Assembly: GCA_964582335.1 (NCBI GenBank)
Contig: CAZORI010000004.1
Location: 23,953-87,952 of the forward strand
Direction: 5' to 3'
DNA: 64,000 nucleotides
Source: an uncultured Bacteroides sp.
Lineage (GTDB): Bacteria; Bacteroidota; Bacteroidia; Bacteroidales; Muribaculaceae
Part shown: positions 20,850 to 32,216 of the stretch, in pieces
How positions within the stretch are numbered: the stretch's first letter is position 1
Layout: every line of letters begins with the position of its first letter
The notes under the pieces: model-generated
Database searches by the model: none
The model's input: only the letters and a program-made list of their open reading frames with translations
Told to the model about the DNA's origin: nothing
Position numbers and translations under genes: made by a program

Positions 20850-22481
20850 ATGGCAAACGTTCAGGAAAAAATTGCCAGCCTGTTTCCCCAGGCCACATTC
20901 ACCGAGGCCGATGTGCTGCAAGTCAACATCGACGACGCTAATTGGCACGATTTGGCCAAGGCGCTGCGCCACGATCCCGAATTGGACTACGACTATCTCA
21001 TCACAATAGTCGGCATGGACTGGCAGACAGAACTCGGATGCGTTTATTACATGATGTCGACCAATCGAGGCAACGACGTTATATCTGTAAGAGTGGCCAC
21101 AGCCGACCGCGACAAGCCTATGCTACACTCAATCCATGACCTGTGGGCAGTGGCTACGCTCTACGAGCGCGAAGTGTACGACTTCTTCGGAATCGTATTC
21201 ATCAACAACCCCGACATGCGCCGCCTGTTCCTCAACATCGACTGGGTGGGATATCCGCTGCGCAAAGACTACGACCAAGACCCGGCCCTCAACCCCATCA
21301 GCATCGAGAGCGAGCGCCAAAGCGACTTCACCGACACCTGGGTGGAAGAGGCCGACGGCAAAGTGGTGAAGAAGGAAGAGCGCATATTCCAGCCCAACGA
21401 CTTCGTAATCAACATAGGCCCGCAGCACCCGTCGACCCACGGCGTGCTTCGCTTCCGCACATGCCTCGACGGCGAGACCATCAAGAAAATCGACGTGTAC
21501 ATGGGATATATCCACCGTGGCGTCGAGAAGCTCTGCGAAGGCCTCACATATCCGCAGACTCTCCACTTCATGGACCGTCTCGACTATTTCTCGGCACACA
21601 ACTACCACCATGGCTTGTGCCGCGTGATTGAGCGCGCTGCAGGCATCCAAATCAGCCGCCGCGCCGAGGTGATTCGCGTGATGATGGACGAGCTGTCGCG
21701 CATCGCCTCGCACTGCCTGTTCATGGGCACGTTCTGCATGGACCTTGGCGCCACCACAATGCTGTTCTACACGCTGCGCGTGCGCGAGCAGATTCTCGAC
21801 ATCATGGAGAAGACCTGCGGCGCCCGCATGACATTCAACTACGACTGCATCGGCGGCGTGATGCAGGACCTCGCGCCCGACTTCCAGGCCGACGTGAAGG
21901 CTCTGCTCGCAGTACTCCCCGCCAACATCAAGGAGTACAACAAGATATTCGTTGGCAACGTGATTGCCAAGGAGCGCATGGTGGACGTTGGCCACCTCTC
22001 GCGCGAAGACGCAATATCCTACGGCGTGACAGGTCCTTCGGGCCGCGCATCAGGCTGGAGCTGCGACATCCGCAAGATTCGCCCCTACAGCATCTACCCC
22101 GAACTCGATTTCGACGAGGTGCTTGCCACCGAGGGCGACGCTATGGCACGCTTCAAGGTGCGCCTGGCTGAAATAGAGCAAAGCGCGAAAATCCTGGCTC
22201 AGCTTGTCGACAACATCCCCGATGGCGAATATTGCGTAAAGGTGCCCAAGATGCTAAAGCTGCCCGTCGGACACTGGTTCGAAATGGTGGAGGGCTGCCG
22301 TGGCGTGTTCGGCGTTTACCTCGAGAGCGATGGCAACACCAAGCCCTACCGCCTGAAGCTGGTGCCTCCTTGCCTGCCGCTGGCCGGCGTGGTCGACCAC
22401 ATCACCGAAGGCATGAAGATCGCCGACCTTATCACCATTGGAGGTTCGCTCGACTACATCATCCCCGACATGGACAGATAA
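20850..22481 (+). CDS. nuoCD: Fused NADH-quinone oxidoreductase subunit C/D
   Basis: NuoC 'YEREVYDFFGI...GYPLRKDY'; NuoD 'GPQHPSTHGVLR', 'GYIHRGVEK', 'RLDY' and 'DYIIPDMDR'. No NiFe CxxC motifs. Confidence 0.97.
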   Translation: MANVQEKIASLFPQATFTEADVLQVNIDDANWHDLAKALRHDPELDYDYLITIVGMDWQTELGCVYYMMSTNRGNDVISVRVATADRDKPMLHSIHDLWAVATLYEREVYDFFGIVFINNPDMRRLFLNIDWVGYPLRKDYDQDPALNPISIESERQSDFTDTWVEEADGKVVKKEERIFQPNDFVINIGPQHPSTHGVLRFRTCLDGETIKKIDVYMGYIHRGVEKLCEGLTYPQTLHFMDRLDYFSAHNYHHGLCRVIERAAGIQISRRAEVIRVMMDELSRIASHCLFMGTFCMDLGATTMLFYTLRVREQILDIMEKTCGARMTFNYDCIGGVMQDLAPDFQADVKALLAVLPANIKEYNKIFVGNVIAKERMVDVGHLSREDAISYGVTGPSGRASGWSCDIRKIRPYSIYPELDFDEVLATEGDAMARFKVRLAEIEQSAKILAQLVDNIPDGEYCVKVPKMLKLPVGHWFEMVEGCRGVFGVYLESDGNTKPYRLKLVPPCLPLAGVVDHITEGMKIADLITIGGSLDYIIPDMDR

Positions 22482-22521
22482 CATACAATAGACCAACCAT
22501 TAAGACAAAACATACCATATC

Positions 22522-23619
22522 ATGACACCATTGGTAATTGACAATTTTGCTGTTGTAAGCGAGGCGGTGCACAGTTTCTTGCTCACCACTCTTGGCCTGC
22601 CTTCGTGGCTTGCCATCACACTCGAGTGCGTAGCCTTAGGCATCGGACTCCTTTTGGTGTATTCGATACTTGCGCTGTTCTATATATTATATGAGCGTAA
22701 AATATGCGCGTACTTCCAGTGCCGCGTAGGCCCGGTGCGCGTAGGCCCGTGGGGTCTCCTGCAGAGCGTTGCCGATATGTTCAAGATTCTAATCAAGGAG
22801 CTCATCCACCTCGACCACATCGACAAGTTCCTATTCGCTCTGGCCCCCTACTTGGTGATTTTGGCTTCGATGCTTGCGTTTGCAGTGCTGCCCTGGGGCA
22901 ACGGCATACAAGTGATCGACTTCAACATAGGCATATTCTTCCTTATCGCTGTCAGCAGCATCGGCGTGCTGGGCATCCTGCTCGCCGGTTGGTCGTCCGA
23001 CAATAAGTTCACTCTTGTCGGTGCTCTGCGCTCTGGCGCGCAGATGGTCAGCTACGAGCTATCCATCGGCCTGTCGGTGATCACCATGGTGTGCTTGGCT
23101 GGCACTATGTCGGTAAGCGGAATCGTGGCTGAGCAAAGCGACCTTTGGTTCATATTCAAGGGCCACATCCCCGCCATCATCGCTTTTGTGATATACATGA
23201 TTGCGGCCACCGCCGAAACGAATCGCGGCCCGTTCGACTTGCCCGAGGCTGAGAGCGAGCTCACCGCCGGCTACCACACAGAGTATTCTGGCATCCACTT
23301 CGGCTTCTTCTACTTGGCCGAATACCTCAACCTCTTCATCGTGTCGGGCGTGTCGGCCATGCTGTTCTTCGGAGGCTGGCAGCCGCTTCACATCCCCGGC
23401 TGGGACGGCTTCAACCATATCATGGACTTCTGCCCGTCGATCATCTGGTTCCTGCTGAAGTGCTTCGTGCTCAGCTACGTAATCATTTGGTTCAAATGGA
23501 CATTTCCGCGCTTGCGCATCGACAACTTGCTCGCCCTCGAATGGAAATACCTGCTGCCCATCAACCTATTCAACCTGGTGCTGATGGCTCTGGTAATCGT
23601 GATGGGCTGGCATCTTTAA
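22522..23619 (+). CDS. nuoH: NADH-quinone oxidoreductase subunit H
   Basis: '[14 protein letters not shown]', '[13 protein letters not shown]' and '[24 protein letters not shown]'. Confidence 0.97.
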   Translation: MTPLVIDNFAVVSEAVHSFLLTTLGLPSWLAITLECVALGIGLLLVYSILALFYILYERKICAYFQCRVGPVRVGPWGLLQSVADMFKILIKELIHLDHIDKFLFALAPYLVILASMLAFAVLPWGNGIQVIDFNIGIFFLIAVSSIGVLGILLAGWSSDNKFTLVGALRSGAQMVSYELSIGLSVITMVCLAGTMSVSGIVAEQSDLWFIFKGHIPAIIAFVIYMIAATAETNRGPFDLPEAESELTAGYHTEYSGIHFGFFYLAEYLNLFIVSGVSAMLFFGGWQPLHIPGWDGFNHIMDFCPSIIWFLLKCFVLSYVIIWFKWTFPRLRIDNLLALEWKYLLPINLFNLVLMALVIVMGWHL

Positions 23620-23666
23620 TCTCTCTCTCCCGAATCCAACTTTACAACAATATTCACTATTACTAA

Positions 23667-25178
<1,512 letters not shown>

Positions 25179-25202
25179 TAACACCTTAACCAATTCACTC
25201 CA

Positions 25203-25439
25203 ATGACTCTTAAGATCATCTCGGCACACGAAATAGTGTATGAGGGCGCGTCCAAAAGCGTGACTCTGCCCGGCACACTGGGCGCATTCACGGTGCTTGA
25301 CCGCCATGCATCGCTCATATCCACGCTCACAAAGGGCAAAATCAGCTACACCGACATGGAAAATGACGAGCATGAGATTGAGATTCCGGGCGGATTGGCC
25401 GACATCGACAACAATGTGGTGTCGGTGTGCATATATTGA
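25203..25439 (+). CDS. atpC: F1 subunit epsilon (N-terminal beta domain only)
   Basis: 'LPGTLGAFTVLDRHASLISTL'; 78 aa; follows atpD. Confidence 0.92.
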   Translation: MTLKIISAHEIVYEGASKSVTLPGTLGAFTVLDRHASLISTLTKGKISYTDMENDEHEIEIPGGLADIDNNVVSVCIY

Positions 25440-25465
25440 TGTTTAACACGGCCTCAAGTTAGTTT

Positions 25466-26629
25466 ATGAAACGATTGATTTACATAATAGGGTTGGTTCT
25501 GTTGCTGACGGTTCCCTCGCTGGCCCGCGCCATGGCGCCTGCGCTTGCGGCTGAGTCGACAGCCTCGGAAGAAGCCCAGACTGAAAGCCCGGTCAATGCC
25601 AAGGAGATAATCTTCGAGCACCTGGGCGATGCCTACGGCTGGGAAGTGCCGTTCAATCATCATGTGCGCATCCCTCTGCCAGTCATTGTCAGGGACCATG
25701 CCGGCCACTGGCACTGCTTCTCATCGGCGCGCGTGCATTTTCCAAGCGAAACGGAGGCATACGGTGCGCCCTACACATCTGGCGACGCCACCTTTGCAAT
25801 AGCCGGATACGGCAGCGAGCACAAGGGCAAGGTGGTGCAGATGCTTCCAGGCGGCGCCGAATACCGCCCGCTCGACATCTCTATCACCAAGAATGTGGCA
25901 GCCCTGTTCATATCAGTCATCCTGGTGGCTGGCCTCATGCTCTGGCTGGCATCGTGGTACCGCCGCAAAGGCTTCAAAGCTCCGAGCAAAGGCCTGGGCG
26001 CTATCGAAGTGGTGGTGCAGTTCGTGTACGACGGCGTGGTGAAAAGCACGCTCAAGGAGAATGCTCCGCGCTTTGCGCCCTACCTTATGACTGCTTTCTT
26101 CTTTATCCTCGGCATGAACTTGCTGGGCCTAATCGTGATATTCCCGGGCGGCGCCAACCTTACGGGCAACATCGCCGTGACGCTGGTGATGGCGGTGCTT
26201 ACGTTCTTTGTGACCAACCTATTCGGCACCAAGGAATACTGGAAGGAGATTTTCTGGCCTGATGTGCCGCTGTGGCTCAAGTGTCCGCTGCCCATCATGC
26301 CGGTGATTGAAGTGTTCGGCATGTTCACCAAGCCGGCGGCCCTCACCGTGCGTCTGTTCGCCAATATGATGGGTGGCCACATGATAGTGATTGTGCTCAC
26401 TCTGCTCATCTTCATATTCTACTACATGAATCCGGTGGCAGGCGTAGGCACGGCTGTGATATCCATCACGTTCTCGGTGTTCATGCTCGTGATCGACGTG
26501 CTGGTAAGCTTCATTCAGGCATATGTATTCACTATGCTCTCCACGATTTTCATCTCGCTTGCCCAAGTGAAAGGCCACGGAGAAAGCCATGCCACGGTAG
26601 GCGAGAAAATTAAGGACGCACTGGTGTGA
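25466..26629 (+). CDS. atpB: Fo subunit a (Bacteroidetes form with N-terminal extension)
   Basis: 'DISITKNV', 'ANLTGNI', 'LTVRLFANMMGGH' (conserved Arg) and 'SFIQAYVFTMLS'. Confidence 0.96.
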   Translation: MKRLIYIIGLVLLLTVPSLARAMAPALAAESTASEEAQTESPVNAKEIIFEHLGDAYGWEVPFNHHVRIPLPVIVRDHAGHWHCFSSARVHFPSETEAYGAPYTSGDATFAIAGYGSEHKGKVVQMLPGGAEYRPLDISITKNVAALFISVILVAGLMLWLASWYRRKGFKAPSKGLGAIEVVVQFVYDGVVKSTLKENAPRFAPYLMTAFFFILGMNLLGLIVIFPGGANLTGNIAVTLVMAVLTFFVTNLFGTKEYWKEIFWPDVPLWLKCPLPIMPVIEVFGMFTKPAALTVRLFANMMGGHMIVIVLTLLIFIFYYMNPVAGVGTAVISITFSVFMLVIDVLVSFIQAYVFTMLSTIFISLAQVKGHGESHATVGEKIKDALV

Positions 26630-26683
26630 CCTCAACCATGAAATCAAACTACAAGAAATAAAAAAAATTAAATAATCAACTAA

Positions 26684-26938
<255 letters not shown>

Positions 26939-26959
26939 TCCTACGTAAGTTCTCGATCA

Positions 26960-27457
26960 ATGGAACTATTCACGCCTGACTTCGGCTTGATATTCTGGAT
27001 GTTCGTGTCGTTCGGCATCCTCTTCCTCATTTTGTGGAAGTGGGCGTGGCCGGCCATCCTCAAAGGCGTTGAAGCCCGAGCCGACATGATAGACAAGGGT
27101 GTGGAGTATGCGCAAAATGCCAAAGAGCAACTTGACAACGCCCACCTGGAGGCACAAAAATACATCAACGAAGCGCGCAAGCAGCAAAGCGACATGATGC
27201 GCGAGGCCGACAAGCTGAAGAACCAAATGGTGGAAGAGGCTCGCGCGGAAGCGCAAAAGGAAGCGCAAAAGGTGATGGAGCAAGCAAAAGTGTCCATCGC
27301 CCAGCAACAGAAGGAGGCTGAAGCCCAATTCCGCGACTCCGTGAGCGAATTCGCGCTGCAAATCGCGCAGAAAGTAGTGAAACAGCAGATGGCCGACGAA
27401 AAAGCACAGACAAAGCTCGTCGACAGCCTGCTCAATGAGATAGAAAGCAAAAACTGA
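26960..27457 (+). CDS. atpF: Fo subunit b
   Basis: 'PDFGLIFW' single TM, 'KWAWPAI...R' and a long coiled coil. Confidence 0.96.
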   Translation: MELFTPDFGLIFWMFVSFGILFLILWKWAWPAILKGVEARADMIDKGVEYAQNAKEQLDNAHLEAQKYINEARKQQSDMMREADKLKNQMVEEARAEAQKEAQKVMEQAKVSIAQQQKEAEAQFRDSVSEFALQIAQKVVKQQMADEKAQTKLVDSLLNEIESKN

Positions 27458-27462
27458 AAGAG

Positions 27463-28014
27463 ATGGATCAAGGACTAATACCCCGCCGATACGCCAAGGC
27501 GCTACTGGAGGTTGCCAACAACGCTGGTGAAGCGGCCAACCTCTACGCAAGCATGCAGAAGCTCGAAAGCGCCTTCCAGGCCGAGCCTTTGCTGGGAACG
27601 ACCGTTAGCAACCCGTTTGTGAGCGTCGCCGACAAATCTGCACTCATCAAATCGGCCATTGGTGCCGACAAGAGCGAGGGCATGGTGGACAACTTGCTGC
27701 GCGTGCTGGCCGAGAACAATCGCACTGGTATGGTCCGTGACATCGCGATCGCCTACATGCAGCTCTACCGCAAAACCAACGGCATATACCTGGTGCATGT
27801 GGAGGCTGCTGTCCCCATGAAGGCCGCCGAAGAGGAAAGGCTGAAGAATATAATCGAAGCGCACCTCAAGGGAGGCACCATGGAATACTCTTTTTCAGTG
27901 AATCCCGACCTGATAGGAGGCTTCGTTATCACTGTCGACAACGAACGCCTCGACGCCTCAGTGAAAAATGAATTGAAACAACTACGTTTGAAATTACTTA
28001 GCAACAAGCAATAG
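27463..28014 (+). CDS. atpH: F1 subunit delta
   Basis: 'RRYAKAL', 'ENNR', 'VNPDLIGGFV...DASV'. Confidence 0.95.
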   Translation: MDQGLIPRRYAKALLEVANNAGEAANLYASMQKLESAFQAEPLLGTTVSNPFVSVADKSALIKSAIGADKSEGMVDNLLRVLAENNRTGMVRDIAIAYMQLYRKTNGIYLVHVEAAVPMKAAEEERLKNIIEAHLKGGTMEYSFSVNPDLIGGFVITVDNERLDASVKNELKQLRLKLLSNKQ

Positions 28015-28020
28015 CATCAT

Positions 28021-29598
28021 ATGATAAACCCAAGCGAGATATCGCAAGTGCTGAAACAGCAACTCGAAAACGTCAACAACAAAGTCGATTTCGAGGAAGT
28101 TGGCACCGTGCTCGAAGTCGGCGACGGCGTGGCACACGTCTACGGACTGGACAATTTGCGCGCCAACGAGCTCGTAGAGTTCGAAAACGGCGTCAAGGGC
28201 GTAGCCCTTAACCTCGAAGAAAGCAACGTAGGTGTAATCTTGCTCAACAACGTCAACAAGGTGACCGAGAACATGACAGTGCGCCGCACTGGCGAGATCG
28301 CTTCTATCCCCGTTGGTGAAGGCCTGCTCGGCCGCGTAATCAACGTGCTGGGTGAGCCTATCGACGGTCGCGGACCTATCGAGGGCACGCTTGTCAACAT
28401 GCCTCTTGAGCGCAAGGCTCCCGGCGTGGTCTACCGCCAGCCCGTGAACCAGCCTCTGCAGACCGGCATCAAGGCAATCGACTCGATGGTGCCCATCGGT
28501 CGCGGACAGCGCGAACTTATTATCGGCGACCGCCAGATCGGCAAGACGGCAATTGCCATCGACACTATAATCAACCAACGTGCCAACTACGAGGCCGGAA
28601 AGCCCGTGTACTGCATCTATGTGGCCATCGGACAGAAAGCATCGTCGGTGGCTGCCCTCGTCGACACCCTGCGCCGCTACGGAGCGCTCGACTACACCGT
28701 GGTGGTTGCAGCCACAGCAGCCGACTCGGCTTCGATGCGCTACTATTCGCCGTTTGCCGGAGTGGCCATCGGAGAGTATTTCCGCGACACCGGCCGCGAC
28801 GCACTCATCGTATACGATGACCTCTCAAAGCAGGCTGTCGCATACCGCGAAATATCACTGATTCTGAAGCGCCCCTCCGGACGCGAAGCCTACCCCGGCG
28901 ACATCTTCTACCTGCACTCGCGTCTGCTCGAGCGCGCAGCCAAAATCATCGACAACCAGGAGATTGCATCGAAGATGAACGACCTGCCCGCCGTGCTCAA
29001 GGACCAAGTGAAGGGTGGCGGCTCGCTCACAGCGCTGCCTATCATCGAGACGCAGGCCGGTGACGTGTCGGCTTACATCCCCACCAACGTGATTTCGATC
29101 ACCGACGGACAGATATATCTGGAGACTGCGCTCTTCAACCGTGGCATCCGCCCGGCCATCAACGTGGGCATCTCGGTGTCGCGTGTGGGCGGCAACGCTC
29201 AAATCAAGTCGATGAAGAAAGTGGCCGGCACGCTCAAGATTGATCAAGCGCAGTTCAGAGAGCTCGAAGCCTTCACCAAATTCGGCGGCGACATCGACCC
29301 CGTCACCGCCCGCGTTATCGACAAGGGCCGCAAGAACGAGCGTCTGCTCATCCAGCCCCAATACCACCCGGTGGAGGTGGCCGACGAGGTGGCTCTCATC
29401 TACTGCGGCGTGAACGGACTGCTCGGCAACGTGCCACTCGACAAGGTGAGCGAATTCGAGAAGCAGCTGCTGCAACTGCTGCACGCCCGACACAAAGACG
29501 ACGTGCTCGCCGTGATAGCCCAAGGCAAGCTCACCGACGACGTCACAGCCAAGCTCACAGCAGCCGCTGCTGAGGTGGCCGGCGCATTGGCCAGCTGA
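28021..29598 (+). CDS. atpA: F1 subunit alpha
   Basis: [14 protein letters not shown], '[22 protein letters not shown]' and '[10 protein letters not shown]'. Confidence 0.99.
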   Translation: MINPSEISQVLKQQLENVNNKVDFEEVGTVLEVGDGVAHVYGLDNLRANELVEFENGVKGVALNLEESNVGVILLNNVNKVTENMTVRRTGEIASIPVGEGLLGRVINVLGEPIDGRGPIEGTLVNMPLERKAPGVVYRQPVNQPLQTGIKAIDSMVPIGRGQRELIIGDRQIGKTAIAIDTIINQRANYEAGKPVYCIYVAIGQKASSVAALVDTLRRYGALDYTVVVAATAADSASMRYYSPFAGVAIGEYFRDTGRDALIVYDDLSKQAVAYREISLILKRPSGREAYPGDIFYLHSRLLERAAKIIDNQEIASKMNDLPAVLKDQVKGGGSLTALPIIETQAGDVSAYIPTNVISITDGQIYLETALFNRGIRPAINVGISVSRVGGNAQIKSMKKVAGTLKIDQAQFRELEAFTKFGGDIDPVTARVIDKGRKNERLLIQPQYHPVEVADEVALIYCGVNGLLGNVPLDKVSEFEKQLLQLLHARHKDDVLAVIAQGKLTDDVTAKLTAAAAEVAGALAS

Positions 29599-29648
29599 CA
29601 ACAACGCTAACAAGAAACAACTAACCCGCTAACATCAACAGTCAATCG

Positions 29649-30533
29649 ATGGCAACATTACGAGAATTAAAAGGCCGCATAGGTTCAGTGGGCTCCTCGG
29701 AGAAAATCACTGGAGCGATGAAGATGATCTCATCAGCCAAGATGCACAGGGCTGAGAGCGAATTTAGGCGCTTGCTGCCCTTCCGCAACCAGATTGAGTC
29801 AATCATTGCCAACTTGCTGAGCGCCGACGCTACGTTCTCGTCGCCCCTGACTGAAGAGGTTCCTGTAAGCAAAATTGCTATTGTAGTGCTCGGCAGCGAC
29901 GATGGTCTCTGCGGAGCCTACAATATCAATATATTCAAGTTCTTGAAACAGCACATCAGCGAACTGCGCGCAACATACGGCGACAACGCCGACATCACCA
30001 TCGTGCCCGTGGGCCGGAAGATGGTGAAGGCTGTAGCCAAACTCGCTGACGAGCATACGCAAGTCGCACCCGACGCCGACGTGAATTCGAAAAGCGACGG
30101 GCAAGCGCTTAATGATTTCAACAAACGCATAGTGGAGGCCTTCGTGTCGCACGAATTCAACAAAGTAGATGTCGCGTACATGAATTTCCTATCGCTTAGC
30201 CGGCAGAAACCGCGAGCCGACCAGCTGCTGCCTATTTCTGCGGCAGCCCTCAGCGAATACAAGAAAGCTGGCTCCGCGCGCCCTTACATATTTGAGCCAA
30301 GCCCCGATGTGATATTCAAGACGGTGATGCCCATGTACGTGCTATCGACGGTGCAGGAGGTGTTTGCCGAAAACAGAGTGTCGGAGCAGGCAGCTCGCGT
30401 GATGGCAATGCAGAGCGCCAACGACAATGCCAAGAAGCTGCTCGAACAGCTGCAGCTCGAATACAACAAGCTGCGCCAGCAGAGCATCACCAACGAGCTC
30501 CTCGACATCGTAGGCGGCCAAGCGCGCGACTAA
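29649..30533 (+). CDS. atpG: F1 subunit gamma
   Basis: 'KITGAMKMISSAK', 'SDDGLCGAYN' and 'YNKLRQQSITNELLDIVGG'. Confidence 0.98.
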   Translation: MATLRELKGRIGSVGSSEKITGAMKMISSAKMHRAESEFRRLLPFRNQIESIIANLLSADATFSSPLTEEVPVSKIAIVVLGSDDGLCGAYNINIFKFLKQHISELRATYGDNADITIVPVGRKMVKAVAKLADEHTQVAPDADVNSKSDGQALNDFNKRIVEAFVSHEFNKVDVAYMNFLSLSRQKPRADQLLPISAAALSEYKKAGSARPYIFEPSPDVIFKTVMPMYVLSTVQEVFAENRVSEQAARVMAMQSANDNAKKLLEQLQLEYNKLRQQSITNELLDIVGGQARD

Positions 30534-30576
30534 AACAGAAAATAAATCAATACAATATACACAGAAACTTCCAATC

Positions 30577-31338
30577 ATGGGTAACGTTAAAGATTACTTC
30601 AAATCACTTGGCTCCGGCATGGTGAGTCTGCTTAAAGGCCTCCAGGTAACGGGCAAGGAATTAGTAACACCTAAAATTACAGAGTTCTACCCAGAGGATC
30701 GCGACACGCGCAAGCCTCCAAAGCGATTCCGCGCCATACTCGAACTTAAATACGATGCCGAGGGCAACCACAAATGCATAGCCTGCGGCACTTGCGAGCG
30801 TGTATGCCCCAATGGCACCATCACCCTCGAAACCAAGATGGTCGACACCTGGGATGGCCGGAAAAAGAAGAAACTCGACAAATATCTCTACGACCTTGGC
30901 AGCTGCACATTCTGCCAGCAATGCGCCACCAACTGCCCTACCAACGCGCTCGACTTCAGCAACGACTTTGAGCAGGCAGTGTTCACGCGCGATGTCTTGA
31001 TCAAGCAGCTCAACTATCTGCCCGAAAAGCCCGAGCCCGAGCCCACCGAGGAGGAGAAAGCCAAGCTGCTGGCCGAGAAGGAGGCCAAGATAGCAGCCGC
31101 TAAAGCTGCTGCCGCCGCCAAAGCAAAGGCTGCCGCCGCTAATGCCCCTGCTGCAGCCGGCGCCGCCCCTGCAGCGGCCGCTCCCACAGTTGACGCCAAG
31201 ACCCAGGCAATCCTCGACAAGGCCAAGGCAGCCGTGGCTGCCGCAGCCACCGACGAGGAAAAAGCCGCAGCTCAGGCCAAGCTCGACAAAATCGAGGCAG
31301 CCCTGCGCGCCAAGGCAGCCCGCGACGCAAAAGCATAA
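30577..31338 (+). CDS. nuoI: NADH-quinone oxidoreductase subunit I (2x[4Fe-4S]) with long Ala/Lys-rich C-terminal tail
   Basis: CIACGTCERVCP and CTFCQQCATNCP ferredoxin motifs, followed by ~105 aa of low-complexity tail. Confidence 0.95.
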   Translation: MGNVKDYFKSLGSGMVSLLKGLQVTGKELVTPKITEFYPEDRDTRKPPKRFRAILELKYDAEGNHKCIACGTCERVCPNGTITLETKMVDTWDGRKKKKLDKYLYDLGSCTFCQQCATNCPTNALDFSNDFEQAVFTRDVLIKQLNYLPEKPEPEPTEEEKAKLLAEKEAKIAAAKAAAAAKAKAAAANAPAAAGAAPAAAAPTVDAKTQAILDKAKAAVAAAATDEEKAAAQAKLDKIEAALRAKAARDAKA

Positions 31339-31372
31339 ACCTAAAACGAAATAAAAAAAACCAATTTATCAT

Positions 31373-31882
31373 ATGGATTCAGTAGGAAGTATCATTCTGT
31401 ACGCAATCGTCGCTCTGGTGATGATTGTGTTCTCGGTACTCACTGTCACCACGCGCAAGATCCTGCGCGCAGCCACATTCTTGCTGTTCACCCTGTTCGG
31501 CGCAGCCGTGCTCTACTTCATGCTCGGCTACGAATTCCTGGGCGGCGTGCAAATCGCGGTTTACGCCGGCGGCATCGTTGTGCTCTTTGTCTTCTCGATT
31601 TTGCTGACGACAAAGCCCGGTGACAATTCCGAGAAACTCACCTCTAAATCGCGTGTGTTGGGCCTGGTAGCCGCCGTGGCCATGTTCTGCTTCGCAGGAT
31701 ATGCTTTGGCGATTCGCCTGGGCAGAGCTGCTATGCCGGCCATGGAGCCACAGACGATGAAGCAAATCGGAGCCACCATGATGGGCACCGGACACGCGCA
31801 GTATTTGCTCCCCTTCGAGGCGGTGAGCATTTTGTTGTTGGCATGTATAATCGGCGGTGTCGTCATCGCCCGCAAACGTTGA
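31373..31882 (+). CDS. nuoJ: NADH-quinone oxidoreductase subunit J
   Basis: 'EFLGGVQIAVYAGGIVVLFVF' and 'LLPFEAVSILLLACIIG'. Confidence 0.96.
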   Translation: MDSVGSIILYAIVALVMIVFSVLTVTTRKILRAATFLLFTLFGAAVLYFMLGYEFLGGVQIAVYAGGIVVLFVFSILLTTKPGDNSEKLTSKSRVLGLVAAVAMFCFAGYALAIRLGRAAMPAMEPQTMKQIGATMMGTGHAQYLLPFEAVSILLLACIIGGVVIARKR

Positions 31883-31889
31883 TAGGACC

Positions 31890-32201
31890 ATGGAGATACG
31901 ACTAATTTGGTGGTTGATTCCCACACTCATCATGTTCTGCTGCGGCGTATACGGCTTTATCACGCGCAAGAACATGATCGCCATGCTGATTTCGCTTGAG
32001 TTGATGCTCAACTCAGTCGACATCAATTTTGCGCTCTTCAATCGCTACCTTTACCCTGGCGAGATGGAGGGCATGTTTTTCACCTTGTTCGCGATAGCAA
32101 TCGCAGCCGCAGAGACGGCTCTTGCAATCGCCATCATCATCAACATCTACCGCTCGGTGGGAAATGTGAATGTGCAGGGGCTTGATACAATGAAATTTTA
32201 A
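31890..32201 (+). CDS. nuoK: NADH-quinone oxidoreductase subunit K
   Basis: 'RKNMIAMLISLELMLNS' and 'AIAAAETALAIA'. ATG at 31890. Confidence 0.95.
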   Translation: MEIRLIWWLIPTLIMFCCGVYGFITRKNMIAMLISLELMLNSVDINFALFNRYLYPGEMEGMFFTLFAIAIAAAETALAIAIIINIYRSVGNVNVQGLDTMKF

Positions 32202-32216
32202 AAGTGCTTTGAGTCT

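Noticed and set aside
19814-22481. Possibility that nuoB/CD are a group 4 NiFe hydrogenase
   Set aside because: The large subunit lacks both CxxC Ni ligands and has the complex I motifs (HPSTHGVLR, RLDY, DxDR end).
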